From an archaeon (GTDB lineage: Archaea > Nanobdellota > Nanobdellia > Pacearchaeales > GW2011-AR1), in contig JAJRTJ010000003.1 of assembly GCA_024278335.1 (NCBI GenBank), forward strand, positions 11,586 to 75,585: DNA of 64,000 nucleotides, in the 5' to 3' direction. The notes beneath the pieces were generated by a model. The model was not told the DNA's origin. It ran no database searches and saw only the letters and a program-made list of their open reading frames with translations. Below are positions 10,297 through 20,616 of the stretch, in pieces (positions within the stretch are counted from its first letter, which is position 1; each line of letters starts with the position of its first letter). A program made the translations under genes and the position numbers.

Positions 10297-10875
10297 ATGA
10301 TAGAAAAAATACTTTTTATGGCAGTTACAGGAGGAAATTTTTATCGCGGAGGAGTAATGGGGGATTTTTTTCAGCAACTTGAAGACTTTGGTGTTTTTGA
10401 ATATATGCTTCCTTTTTTGATTATTTTTGCTCTTATTTATGGAGTTTTGTCTTCTATGAAGATGTTCAAGGAGAATCCGGGAGTAAATGGGGTTATTGCT
10501 TTTGCAGTTGGATTAATGGCTTTGCAAGTTGATTTTGTTCCAAGATTTTTTTCAGAAGTTTTCCCAAGGTTTGGAATTGGATTAACAATAATCCTTTTGC
10601 TCCTTATTTTAACTGGATTTTTTATCCCTTATGAGCAGACATGGATTTCTTGGGTTTATTTTGGTATTGGAGCAGTAATCTTGATTATTGTTTTAATTAG
10701 TGCTTCTGGCTCTTTGTATTGGTCTGGAGCTGATTGGTGGTATAATAATTGGGGACTTGTTGCAGCAGTTGTAGTAATGCTTATTGCACTGGCAATTATT
10801 GTTGGAGGCTCTAAAGAAGGAAGTAGCAGCCATAAATCTGCTTTAACAGATTTTATTAAGAAGATTTCTGAATAA
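10297..10875 (+). CDS. Multi-pass membrane protein (paralog family A)
   Basis: About 5 TM segments; motif PFLIIFALIYGVL…VNGVIAFAVGL. Tandem paralog of 9715..10254. Confidence 0.75.
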   Translation: MIEKILFMAVTGGNFYRGGVMGDFFQQLEDFGVFEYMLPFLIIFALIYGVLSSMKMFKENPGVNGVIAFAVGLMALQVDFVPRFFSEVFPRFGIGLTIILLLLILTGFFIPYEQTWISWVYFGIGAVILIIVLISASGSLYWSGADWWYNNWGLVAAVVVMLIALAIIVGGSKEGSSSHKSALTDFIKKISE

Positions 10876-10895
10876 ATTTTTTAAAAATTAAAAAA

Positions 10896-11570
10896 CTATT
10901 TTTTAGAAGAAGTGTGAGAAGAAGTTCTATGTTTGACTATTTTTGAAAAAGAATTTTGCATCATTGACATTTCATTTTTTATCCCTGCAATATTGCTTCC
11001 ATAAGAGCCTATTTTTTCTAATATTTCTATTTGAAGCTTGTCAAAGTGCTTTTCTATTCTTTTTAATCTTTCATCAATATTTTCTATTTTTACTTTTGTT
11101 AAATTCATAAATTCATTTAATTTTGAGAGCTGTAATTCAATTGGCTTTATTTTTTCTGAAAATGCTTGTTCTGCTATTTCTACAAATGCTTGGCTGTCAT
11201 ATCCTGAGCTGTATTCTTCATATCCTTGCTGGGGATAATACTCTTCGCCATATTGGGTTTGCTGGGTTAATGGTTCTTGAGGCGCGAGTTCTTGAGAAGG
11301 AGCAGATTGTTGTGGGGGTTGCGCAGTTTCTGGATTTTCTGCTGTTAAAGGCGCATTTGCTTGAGGAACAGAGGCATCACCCTGAGTAATTGAGGGCTGC
11401 ATTTCTTGGTTTTCCATTGGAGCTCCAGTCACTGCACTTTTTATATTTGATTGGCTAATTGCTTCTTGAATTTCTTTAGGAGAAACTCCTTGTTGTTGAA
11501 GTTGCGCAACTATCTGCTCGTCACTCATTCCTTGATTTCTTAATTGCGATACTTGTTCTAGTGCACCCAT
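10896..11570 (-). CDS. Hypothetical protein: small N-terminal helical domain, Q/P-rich linker, C-terminal coiled coil
   Basis: Sequence composition; transcribed divergently from the pilus ATPase. Confidence 0.7.
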   Translation of the reverse strand: MGALEQVSQLRNQGMSDEQIVAQLQQQGVSPKEIQEAISQSNIKSAVTGAPMENQEMQPSITQGDASVPQANAPLTAENPETAQPPQQSAPSQELAPQEPLTQQTQYGEEYYPQQGYEEYSSGYDSQAFVEIAEQAFSEKIKPIELQLSKLNEFMNLTKVKIENIDERLKRIEKHFDKLQIEILEKIGSYGSNIAGIKNEMSMMQNSFSKIVKHRTSSHTSSKK

Positions 11571-11573
11571 CTT

Positions 11574-11670
11574 AAAACAACCTAAGCGGTTTTTTTATAT
11601 TTTCCCTTCTTGTTCATGCTAAGCGATGTTTTTCTTAGCCTCTTGCGACATCGCGAAAAACAACCTAAGC
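11574..11670. repeat. 14-bp direct repeat flanking a predicted H-type pseudoknot
   Basis: AAAACAACCTAAGC at 11574-11587 and 11657-11670. Interleaved pairings: GCTAAG(11618-23)/CTTAGC(11634-39) and CGATGT(11624-29)/ACATCG(11648-53). Confidence 0.6.
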
Positions 11671-11705
11671 ACCCTAAAGGGCGTAAACGGTTTTTATTTT
11701 ATAAT

Positions 11706-12014
11706 TTATGGCTGAAACATTTTTATTTGTTTTTTTAAAAGTTCAACCTCTTCTTTTGTTGCAAATTTTGAAAACTCTTTTGATGCCATTTCCAAAAAAG
11801 ACTTTATTCTTTCCATTGTTTGATTTAAAATTTCTATGTCTTTTTTTATTTCTAAAAGGTCTTTTTGGTTTTTTTCTTTTAGTTCAATAAGGTTTTGTCC
11901 AAGAAGCATTGTCTTTTCTTGCAAAAGCCTCTGCCTATTTTCTATTTCCTGCATTTTCCAAAGAAAATTATTTTCATATCCTGAAGAAATGTCTTGTTGT
12001 TGAACCTCTTCCAT
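11706..12014 (-). CDS. Coiled-coil hypothetical protein
   Basis: 102-aa ORF with a heptad-like pattern; TATA-like TTTAAA upstream on the minus strand. Confidence 0.7.
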   Translation of the reverse strand: MEEVQQQDISSGYENNFLWKMQEIENRQRLLQEKTMLLGQNLIELKEKNQKDLLEIKKDIEILNQTMERIKSFLEMASKEFSKFATKEEVELLKKQIKMFQP

Positions 12015-12132
12015 TCTTTTTCTAAGAGAAATGGGTTTAAATTTGTTTCTATGTTTTTAAGGATTATCCGGGGATTAATTTCTTATTATTTTTTAGCACA
12101 AAATCTTTAAACTTAAATCCCTTTTTTTAAAA

Positions 12133-14418
12133 ATGGAGTTTGAAAAAGGGGCAAAGCTGTATTCTTATAAAATTCAGCGTGAAGAGGGAGAAGATGTGCT
12201 TTATGTTAATTATCAAGGTGCAGAATTTGTTCCAAATTTAGCTGATTCTCCTGAAGTAATGGAGAGAACAATTGACGCTTTAATTGAAAATCCAAATGTT
12301 TCCAGAATTGTTTTTGTTCAGCAAAAAAATTATAGTTATGGCTTTGAGGCAACTTCTCTTCTTTTGGAGATTGCGCAATTTTATTTGCTTTTAATGAAAC
12401 AAGAAAAAATTCTTTCTCAAAAAAAATTGGTTTCTAATCTTACAGATTTATTTTCTCAAAGATATAATGAACTTTTTTCTTTTTTGTATTTATTGAAAAG
12501 AGACCCTCTTGCAGCTTATTTTGAATTAAAGAGGATTTTATTTCAGGCAAGAGCTGTTTTGGAAAAAGCAGATGAACCAATGAGGTTTGATTTTCAGAAT
12601 TATGTTGGACTTTTAGAAAAAATTTTAGAATTATTTGAAAAAACTAAGATTGTTGAAAAATCAAAAGAACTTTTAAAAAAAGAGAATTTTCGTGGAAGAG
12701 ATATTTATTATTCTCTTTTTAAGCCAGACATTATTCCTAATTTTACCTTTACCCGGCTTGTTTCTGCGCTTCCAGAAGATGCAGAGATTTTAGACCAGTA
12801 TAAAATAATGCAAGGAGATTCTGACATTTCTTCTGTAACAATTCTTAAAAAACCTGGAGAGTCAAAGTTAATTTATCATTTAAGTCCTCCTGAGAATTCT
12901 ATTCCTGAAGAATATGATTCTCTCTTAAATATGGCAAGGGAAGTTTTAATTCAGCATCAGCCTAAGGCAGAGGAGTTTACAGATACTGAAAGAATAAGGC
13001 AGGTTTTTTTTAATATTGCAAGAGACCTTTTGCAAGACCTTTCTCAAAACCAGGGGATAAATTTAGATTATTCTGATTTAAACAAGCTCTCTGCTATTTT
13101 AGTGAGGCATACAATTGGATTTGGATTAATTGAAGTTTTATTGCAAGACAAAAATCTGCAGGATATTGTTTTAAATGCTCCTATTTCTCAAAATAATATT
13201 TTTATAAGGCACCAAAAGCATGGAGAGTGTGTTACAAATATAATTCCAAGTGTTGAGGATGGGAGTTCATGGGCTGCAAAGTTTAGAGTTATTTCTGGAC
13301 GGCCTTTAGATGAGGCAAACCCTATTTTAGACACTCAGTTTGCTATTGACTCTATTAATTCAAGAATTGCAGTTATTCAAAGACCTCTTTCTCCAGACGG
13401 AATTGCTTATGCAATTAGAAGACATAGGGAGGAGCCATGGACTTTACCCTTGTTTGTTGAAAATAAAATGATTAATCCTTTTGCAGCAGGCTTGTTGAGT
13501 TTTTTGATTGATGGGTCAAGGACATTGCTTGTTGCAGGAACAAGGTCTTCTGGAAAAACTTCGCTTCTTGGAAGCTTGTTGCTTGAAATTGTTCCAAAGC
13601 ACAGGATTATTGTAATTGAAGATTCTTTAGAACTTCCTGTTGATGCTCTAAGAAAATTAAGCTATAATATTCAGAGAATGAAGGTAAGATCTGCTTTATT
13701 AAAAAGTGATGCAGAGGTTTCTGCTGACGATGGAATTAGGACATCCCTTCGTTTAGGAGACAGTTGTTTAATTATTGGAGAAGTTAGGAGTGTTGAGGCA
13801 AAGGCTCTTTATGAAGCAATGAGAATTGGGGCGCTGGCAAATGTTGTAGCGGGGACAATTCACGGAGCAGACCCTTATGGGGTTTTTGACAGGGTTGTTA
13901 ATGATTTAGAGGTTCCTGCAACTTCTTTTAAGGCAACAGACATTATTGTTGTCTGCAATCCAATAAAAACTCCAGACGGGCTTCATTTTGAAAGAAGGGT
14001 ATTACAAATAACTGAGGTAAGAAAGCATTGGAAGGAAGACCCTTCTCAAGAAGCAGGATTTGTTGACTTAATGAAATATAATGTTGAAAAAGATGAATTA
14101 GAGCCGACTGATGCTTTGATTAATGGAGACAGCGAAGTGATTAAAGAAATTGCTTCTCGCGTCAAGGGTTGGGCAGGCAACTGGGATGCTATTTATGACA
14201 ATATTTTATTAAGAGCAAAGATTCAAAAAGAACTGGTTGATGTTTCAAGAAAAACTAAAAACCCTAAAATTCTTGAAGCAGAATTTAATTCTCTTTCAAA
14301 TTATATGTTCCATGAAATTTCTGATGAAGTGACTCAAGAAATTGGCATTCCTCTGAGCAAAGAAGTTTTTCCTCGCTGGAAAAAATGGCTGGATGAAGAA
14401 GTAAAGAAGAGAGGATGA
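12133..14418 (+). CDS. Type IV pilus/secretion assembly ATPase (VirB11/TadA/ArlI family)
   Basis: Walker A GTRSSGKT, Asp box IED..EL, Walker B IIGEVR and His box GTIH. Confidence 0.95.
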   Translation: MEFEKGAKLYSYKIQREEGEDVLYVNYQGAEFVPNLADSPEVMERTIDALIENPNVSRIVFVQQKNYSYGFEATSLLLEIAQFYLLLMKQEKILSQKKLVSNLTDLFSQRYNELFSFLYLLKRDPLAAYFELKRILFQARAVLEKADEPMRFDFQNYVGLLEKILELFEKTKIVEKSKELLKKENFRGRDIYYSLFKPDIIPNFTFTRLVSALPEDAEILDQYKIMQGDSDISSVTILKKPGESKLIYHLSPPENSIPEEYDSLLNMAREVLIQHQPKAEEFTDTERIRQVFFNIARDLLQDLSQNQGINLDYSDLNKLSAILVRHTIGFGLIEVLLQDKNLQDIVLNAPISQNNIFIRHQKHGECVTNIIPSVEDGSSWAAKFRVISGRPLDEANPILDTQFAIDSINSRIAVIQRPLSPDGIAYAIRRHREEPWTLPLFVENKMINPFAAGLLSFLIDGSRTLLVAGTRSSGKTSLLGSLLLEIVPKHRIIVIEDSLELPVDALRKLSYNIQRMKVRSALLKSDAEVSADDGIRTSLRLGDSCLIIGEVRSVEAKALYEAMRIGALANVVAGTIHGADPYGVFDRVVNDLEVPATSFKATDIIVVCNPIKTPDGLHFERRVLQITEVRKHWKEDPSQEAGFVDLMKYNVEKDELEPTDALINGDSEVIKEIASRVKGWAGNWDAIYDNILLRAKIQKELVDVSRKTKNPKILEAEFNSLSNYMFHEISDEVTQEIGIPLSKEVFPRWKKWLDEEVKKRG

Positions 14419-14500
14419 TGTTTTTGGGAAAGGGGAGGGAAAGAGGGTTTTTATAAAGGTTTATTAATAGTATTTTATTACTTGTTCTTAGTAAATTTAT

Positions 14501-16669
14501 TTGCAAAAGATGGTAAGTGCAAAAGAGATTCTCAATAAATATGGGCAGGAAATTGAAAAAAAAATAGAGACAAATTCTGTTGAAGTTGGGGATTATAGTC
14601 AGGAGTATCAAAAGTTTAAGGCAGAGATGGCTCCAGAGCTTTCTCGCTATGAAAAATGGTGCCATAGCCTTGGAAGTTTGATTAAACTAAAACCTTCTAA
14701 AAAAGATGAAGCAGAAGTTCAGAAATTTATTAATATTGCTCATTTAAATATTGAACCTTGGCAAGCCTTAACTCTTTCAATTATGACCTTGGTTTTGGTT
14801 TTTCTTTTAGCTATTTTTGGCTCTTTTGCAGTTGTGGTGTGGAATAATTTTGACTTCAACACTTTTCCTTTTTTGTTCTTTTTTCTTTTTCTTGTTTTTG
14901 GATTTGCCTTATTTGTTTTTGTCAATAGATACCCAAAACGCCTTGCAAATAAATGGAGATTAAAGGCAAGTAGTCAAATGGTGCCTGCGATTTTATATGT
15001 TGTAGTTTATATGAGGCATACTCCGAATTTGGAAAAAGCAATAGCCTTTGCATCAGAGCATCTTCCCCCCCCTCTCTCACTTGATTTTAAAAAGGTTTTT
15101 TATAATTTGGAAATTGGAAAATTTTCTTCAATTAAAGAAAGTTTAGATGATTATTTAGAAACTTGGAGAGATTATTCTCCTGAATTTATTGAGGCATTTC
15201 ATTTAATTGAAAGCAGTTTATTTGAGCCAGACAATTCCCGCAGGGTTGATATCTTAGAAAAATCTTTGCAGGTTGTTTTAGAGGGGGTTTATGATAAAAT
15301 GCTGAAATTTGTTCATAATGTCAAGAGCCCTCTTACAAATGTTTATATGCTGGGCGTGGTTCTTCCAACTTTGGCTCTTGCTCTTTTGCCTTTGGCTTCT
15401 TCAATGCTTAAGGGAGCGCTTCTTCCTACCCATGTTTTTTTAATTTTCAATCTTCTTGTGCCGTTTTTTGTTTTTTATTTAGTTGACAAGATTTTATTTT
15501 TAAGGCCTGGGGGGCATGGAGAAACTTCTTTGTTAGAGAGAAATCCTCATTATTACAAGTATAAAAGCAAGACTCCTTATATCAAGGCTTTTTTAATCGC
15601 ATTTCCTTTGATTTTACTGGCTTTGATTCCTCTTATTTTTCAATTTACTCCTTTGCCAGAATATCTTGGTTTGCAAAAAGATTATACTTTTTCTGAATTA
15701 GGATTTGGATTTTTTGAAAATGAGAAAATTTTTGATTTTAGGATTTTGGGTAATGGGGACATCACCGGGCCTTTTGGAATAGTTGCATTAATTTTAAGCA
15801 TGTTTTTTCCTCTGGGAATTGCGCTGTTTTTTTCCATTGCATATTTAGGAAAAACTAAAGATTTGATTAAGGAAAGGGAAGCAACAAGTGCTCTTGAAGA
15901 AGAGTTTAACAGCTCTTTATTTCAGTTAGGGAATAGATTGGGAAATGGCACTCCTCCGGAGCTTGTTTTTGGAAAAGTTGCTGAGTCTGCAAAAGGATTA
16001 AAGACAGAGGATTTTTTCAGAAAGGTTAATTACAATATCCAGCAAATGGGAATGAGTGTTGAAAGGGCTATTTTTGATCCTTCTCGGGGAGCCTTGATTT
16101 ATTATCCTTCTGAGCTTATTTCTACAAGCATGAAAATTTTAATAGAGTCTTCTAAAAAAGGATTAAAGATTGCAGCAATTAGTTTGATGAGCATCTCAGA
16201 GTATGTTAAGAACATGAAAAAAATTAGTGCAAGGCTTAAGGATATGCTTGCTGAGATTATTTCAGATATGAAAAGCAACATGGTTTTTTTGGCTCCTTTA
16301 CTCTCAGGAATTGTTATTGGCCTTGCTTCAATGATTGTCACTATTTTAAGCAAACTTGAACTTTCTGTTGTTGCTCAGCAAACACAAGGAGGAGGAATGG
16401 GAAGCTTTGTTTCGCTTTTGGATATTTTTAGTGTTGAAACTGCAATACCTCCATATTATCTTCAGATGATTGTTGGAATTTATCTTATTCAGATTATTTT
16501 TATTTTAACCGGAGCGTTAGTAACAATTGATTCTGGAGAAGACAAATTAGAAGAGACAAATAAAAAAGCAAAAAATCTTTTTAGAGGGGTTGGAATTTAT
16601 TTTGTTATTGCGTTTATTGCTTCTGTTTCATTATATTTCTTGGCTTCAATAGTTTTAACTGGTTTGTAG
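14501..16669 (+). CDS. Type IV pilus membrane platform protein (TadB/C-ArlJ-like, two T2SSF-type units); probable start 14510
   Basis: Two cytoplasmic helical domains, each followed by TM bundles; directly downstream of the ATPase. Confidence 0.85.
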   Translation: MQKMVSAKEILNKYGQEIEKKIETNSVEVGDYSQEYQKFKAEMAPELSRYEKWCHSLGSLIKLKPSKKDEAEVQKFINIAHLNIEPWQALTLSIMTLVLVFLLAIFGSFAVVVWNNFDFNTFPFLFFFLFLVFGFALFVFVNRYPKRLANKWRLKASSQMVPAILYVVVYMRHTPNLEKAIAFASEHLPPPLSLDFKKVFYNLEIGKFSSIKESLDDYLETWRDYSPEFIEAFHLIESSLFEPDNSRRVDILEKSLQVVLEGVYDKMLKFVHNVKSPLTNVYMLGVVLPTLALALLPLASSMLKGALLPTHVFLIFNLLVPFFVFYLVDKILFLRPGGHGETSLLERNPHYYKYKSKTPYIKAFLIAFPLILLALIPLIFQFTPLPEYLGLQKDYTFSELGFGFFENEKIFDFRILGNGDITGPFGIVALILSMFFPLGIALFFSIAYLGKTKDLIKEREATSALEEEFNSSLFQLGNRLGNGTPPELVFGKVAESAKGLKTEDFFRKVNYNIQQMGMSVERAIFDPSRGALIYYPSELISTSMKILIESSKKGLKIAAISLMSISEYVKNMKKISARLKDMLAEIISDMKSNMVFLAPLLSGIVIGLASMIVTILSKLELSVVAQQTQGGGMGSFVSLLDIFSVETAIPPYYLQMIVGIYLIQIIFILTGALVTIDSGEDKLEETNKKAKNLFRGVGIYFVIAFIASVSLYFLASIVLTGL

Positions 16670-16716
16670 TTTGAAATTTACGTTAAGTTTATTAATTCTT
16701 TTTTTCTTTTTGAAAT

Positions 16717-16899
16717 ATGAAATTAAAGAGGAGAAAATTGTTCTTTTCAAAAACCCGCGGGCAGGGGATAGAGCTTATTGTTTGGACTGCTCTTGCTTTG
16801 ATTATTGCAGTTATTGTAATTGGAATAATGATTTATAATAAAGGCGGAATGATTGGGGCAATTGAAAAAATAAAAAATATTTTTCGCTTTGGAAGATAA
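16717..16899 (+). CDS. Minimal (Flp-like) pilin with class III signal peptide
   Basis: Basic leader …KTRG/QGIELIVW followed by one hydrophobic helix; has its own TATA-like box. Confidence 0.8.
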   Translation: MKLKRRKLFFSKTRGQGIELIVWTALALIIAVIVIGIMIYNKGGMIGAIEKIKNIFRFGR

Positions 16900-17829
16900 A
16901 TGAAAATAAAAATTTTTAACAAAAATGCAGAGCTTGTTCAGACAAAGACAGTTATAATTATTTTAGCAGTTCTTGCTCTTATTTCTGCTGTTATTTTTAT
17001 TATGCAGATTGATTTATTTGGGTATATTAAAAATCTTCCGAGTTTTGGAGAAGTTAGGTCTGGGGAAGAATCAGTTGAATTAGAGGATATTGCTTCAAAT
17101 GCAGGATGTGAAAATTATATTGGAGGGATTGACAATGTCCCTCTTTCAGAATATTTTTCTTCAAAAGATTTGAGGAAGTTTTATCTTGCTGGCAAGGGAA
17201 AGAGCAGAGATTTTATTGTTAGTATGGAAACTTCTTTAGCAGGTCCTGCTTTGCGTTATCTTTATGGAGGGGAGGATTCTTTTGACAAGTATATTGTAAT
17301 TGGAGTTTTTGATAAATCAATGAATCGGTTTAGAGTAGCAGAGGATTTTAAGGACTTGTGCACAGACTTTGCTTTAAAAGATGTTCCTTTAGTTAAAATA
17401 AATTCCATTAATATCCAAAATTATGAAAAAGAGGTTTATTCCTTTTCCAATAAGCCAAAAAGTTGTGCTTTTTTAGATTTGCTTCATGGAGCAATTATTT
17501 TTGGTGAAAGAGTTTTGTGCAAAACAAATGCAGAAATACAATCAATTTCTTCTAAAACTGCAACAAATTTAATTAGGAAAAAAAATCAACAATCTTCCTA
17601 AATTATCTAAAGATAATTCTCCTGAGAAAAATCTAGAAATTGCCATTCAAATGGCAGAAGTTTTAAAGGGTTCATATTCTCAGAATAAAGAATTTGTTGA
17701 TAATTTAGCAAGAGAAGGGTTTTTCACTAAAGAAGAATTTGATGAAATTAATGGATGGGGAGAGAAGAAGACATGGATTATGTTAAAAATCTTTTAATTG
17801 AGAAAAAAGAGAATATTGGAGAATTATAG
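16900..17829 (+). CDS. Pilin-like protein, apparently frameshifted near its C-terminus (ORF as read ends at 17601)
   Basis: KNA/ELV cleavage-type motif plus hydrophobic helix. Coding-like sequence continues in the +1 frame after the A8 run at 17578-17585. Confidence 0.65.
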
Positions 17830-17836
17830 GCTACTT

Positions 17837-19243
17837 TTATCTTATATTTTTTGGGCTTACTTTTTGATAAGTTATTTTGTTGATGGGCTTTTCTGATGAA
17901 TAAGGACCAAAGACTAAATAAAAATTTTTCTCTCTTGAATCAAATTTTCTTGCAAAAACAATAACTGCTCTTTTTTTCTCTATTTCTTCAAAAGACATTC
18001 CCATTTGCCTTCTTTTTTCAATTTCATTTTTCCAGCTTTCTCTGTATTTTGGGATATCTTTTGGAACTTTTCTTGGGATTAAAAAAATACCGTCTGTTAA
18101 AACATTCCATGAAAGATATCCTCTCCCCATTTCTCCATCTAAGAAGGGTTTTGTTGTGTTGAGATATAGGTTATTAATATGTGATTTAAAGAAACCAGGG
18201 TTTTGGATCATTAGTTCATATCCTAATATCCATGCTTTTAGCTTAGCATTCCTTTTAATACCAAGCGCGTTCCTAACATAGTAGGGCTTTTTTTCTTGGT
18301 CTAAATCAACCAATACAATGTAGGGAGTAGGCAATTCTCTTAAATTAATTTCTCTTATTGGGCCTTTTTTTATCATCTCTTTTGCCCATTCTTCTTTTGG
18401 TTCTTCTTTTAATTCAAAAAGCTCTTCTATCGAGACAGTATTCCCAGGCTTTGTTATTTTTTTACTCCCTTTATCTTTTAAAGGAATTCTCTCAATTATT
18501 TTTGGAGTGTAAAAAGTTTCTCCTCCTGCATTTAATCCAATTTGGACTGCAAGATAAGGGAGATGTTCTGAATCTTGGGAATTTATTTCAAAAGACCACT
18601 CTCTTTTATATGGGGCTTGCGCCCATTTGCTTGAAGGAGGGTTGTGGTTATTTATGCGAGTAATTTCAGCTTCAGGAATTTGAGTTATTTTTTCTAAGTT
18701 TTTTGCATTTCTTCTTTCTTGTCTGCTTAGTTCCCATGAGGCAAGGGCCTTAATTGCTTGCCGGGCTACAGGATTAATTCCTAAAAGAGAAAGAGTTTTT
18801 TCAATTCCTGCTTTCCCCCCCTCCATCATTAAAACAGTTGTTTTGTCTTTCCCATAAGGGATTCCTTTAACTGGCTCTAAGGAAGGAGCTAGATAAAGGG
18901 TTTGGCTCGTTGGAATTATTTGCGTATCTTTGGGATGGATTACTGCAATATTTGGGCCAGATAAATTCGCAAGATCATTTGAGACAACTCTTTTTGCATA
19001 TTCTTTTCTTGGATTTGGAGAATTCTTTATTTTTTCAAAATCTGTTTTTTGAGTTGCAGTTATTGTGACTTTGTTTTCATCTAAGTCTCCGGTGATTTCA
19101 ACAACTCTTGGGCAGTTGTTTATATTTAGAGTAAATTGTTTTTTGAGAAATTGTTCTGCATGAGAAAAGCCAGACATTAAAAGAGAGAGGGCAAGGGTTG
19201 TTTGCATTCCTAATCTTTGCAAGAGGTTTTGCCTTTTTTGCAT
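17837..19243 (-). CDS. Secreted hypothetical protein (probable start 19243, not 19330)
   Basis: MQKRQNLLQRLGMQTTLALSLLMSGFSHA/E resembles a Sec signal peptide; TTTATAAA-type box upstream. Confidence 0.65.
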   Translation of the reverse strand: MQKRQNLLQRLGMQTTLALSLLMSGFSHAEQFLKKQFTLNINNCPRVVEITGDLDENKVTITATQKTDFEKIKNSPNPRKEYAKRVVSNDLANLSGPNIAVIHPKDTQIIPTSQTLYLAPSLEPVKGIPYGKDKTTVLMMEGGKAGIEKTLSLLGINPVARQAIKALASWELSRQERRNAKNLEKITQIPEAEITRINNHNPPSSKWAQAPYKREWSFEINSQDSEHLPYLAVQIGLNAGGETFYTPKIIERIPLKDKGSKKITKPGNTVSIEELFELKEEPKEEWAKEMIKKGPIREINLRELPTPYIVLVDLDQEKKPYYVRNALGIKRNAKLKAWILGYELMIQNPGFFKSHINNLYLNTTKPFLDGEMGRGYLSWNVLTDGIFLIPRKVPKDIPKYRESWKNEIEKRRQMGMSFEEIEKKRAVIVFARKFDSREKNFYLVFGPYSSEKPINKITYQKVSPKNIR

Positions 19244-19324
19244 AAAAACTAAAGGGGATTGCGTTTTATAAAAATTGTTCTTTAAAATAGTAGGTTTTAT
19301 AATATTTAGTTTATTGGATTTTTT

Positions 19325-19897
19325 ATGCAAAAAAAAGGTGAGCTGACAACAGAAGAATTAATTAAGATTATTTTTGCAGTTATAGGAATTTTGATTTTAA
19401 TCCCTTTTGGAATTAAGATTGCAAATATTTTAACTTATAAATATGAGTTAAAACAGGCTGAAGAGAGTTTGAATAAGATTGTTTTTTCTATTGAAAAAGC
19501 AGAAAAATTAGAAGAAGATGCAGAGGTGTTTGTTCATTCTCCAAGGGAGTGGTGGATAATTGCCTGGCCTTACAAAGATTTTAAATATAATGGTCAAAGC
19601 AAGCCTCTCTCTTGCAAGGGAGAATATTGTGTTTGTATTTGTCCGATTCCTTCTTTTTCTTCAAAAGAAAGTTCTTTTCTTGAATGCGAGTCTCGAGGAA
19701 TCTGTCGAGAATCCGATAAGCTAGTTAAAACAATTTATGATGCTCCCCCCTCTACTTTTGGAGCTAAGGTTTGGAAGAAAATTGCCATTTGGAGAGGAAA
19801 GGATGTCAAGAATATTCCCCTCAATATTGGGAGTCTTTTGAATTTGAAGATTTCCTTGAAAGAAAAAGACCAGATACAAATAATTAGAATAAATTAA
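19325..19897 (+). CDS. Pilin-like protein, class III signal peptide
   Basis: MQKKG/ELTTEE plus hydrophobic helix; Cys-rich globular domain. Confidence 0.85.
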   Translation: MQKKGELTTEELIKIIFAVIGILILIPFGIKIANILTYKYELKQAEESLNKIVFSIEKAEKLEEDAEVFVHSPREWWIIAWPYKDFKYNGQSKPLSCKGEYCVCICPIPSFSSKESSFLECESRGICRESDKLVKTIYDAPPSTFGAKVWKKIAIWRGKDVKNIPLNIGSLLNLKISLKEKDQIQIIRIN

Positions 19898-19909
19898 TTT
19901 TCTTTGCTA

Positions 19910-20539
19910 TTATTTGGATATCTTTTTTATTTTTATTCTAGGAGAGCAATGCGTTTTTTCTTGTTGTTCATAAAAAAAGGCATAGTAGTCTCCTTCGTTA
20001 GTTTTTACAATTCTTCTTAATCCTACAACATAAGGAACAAAATAGTCTTTTTCTATTTTTTTTGTTTCTTGTTGGTATTTCTCCACGTCTTTTTGTCCAG
20101 AGATAGAGGGGTTTTTTTCAAAAGTAATAAAGGCTTGGGTGACTTCCTCCTCTTCTAATGCAAAGAGGAATTCTGTTTCCTTTTTCTCTCCACTAAGAAG
20201 AAAAACCGCATCATATCCTTGGCCATACAAGTCCTGGAATAATTTTTTTATCTGAGACATTTTTTTGACTTTTGGAAATTTTTGGTGGGAGATTAAATTT
20301 CCTGTTTCTAAATCAAGATATGCAAGAGTGCCTTCTTTGGGGTTATATGTTTTTGGATCAATACAATCAGCTAAATTAATTTCCTCCCAACTATTTGAAT
20401 CTCCGGGCGGTTCTTTATACAGCTCTCTTTTTTGTTCAAGAGAGGGTTTTGAGTCTTCTTGGGTGCAGGAAGTGTTTAAAAAGACGGGTGCGGAAACAAG
20501 GAATGACAGAAGTAATTTCCTAACTAAACTTTTTCTCAT
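19910..20539 (-). CDS. Putative lipoprotein, hypothetical
   Basis: Basic N-terminus, hydrophobic stretch and lipobox-like NTS/C. Confidence 0.6.
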   Translation of the reverse strand: MRKSLVRKLLLSFLVSAPVFLNTSCTQEDSKPSLEQKRELYKEPPGDSNSWEEINLADCIDPKTYNPKEGTLAYLDLETGNLISHQKFPKVKKMSQIKKLFQDLYGQGYDAVFLLSGEKKETEFLFALEEEEVTQAFITFEKNPSISGQKDVEKYQQETKKIEKDYFVPYVVGLRRIVKTNEGDYYAFFYEQQEKTHCSPRIKIKKISK

Positions 20540-20616
20540 TTTTTTAATAGGTTTTTACTCTTTAAAAAAATTGTTGTCTTGCAAATATTTATTAACTCTT
20601 TTTAATAATTTGTTTT

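Noticed and set aside
12133-16669. Archaellum operon (arlI/arlJ)
   Set aside because: No ArlH, ArlF/G or archaellin-like genes are present; the pilin set is not archaellin-like.
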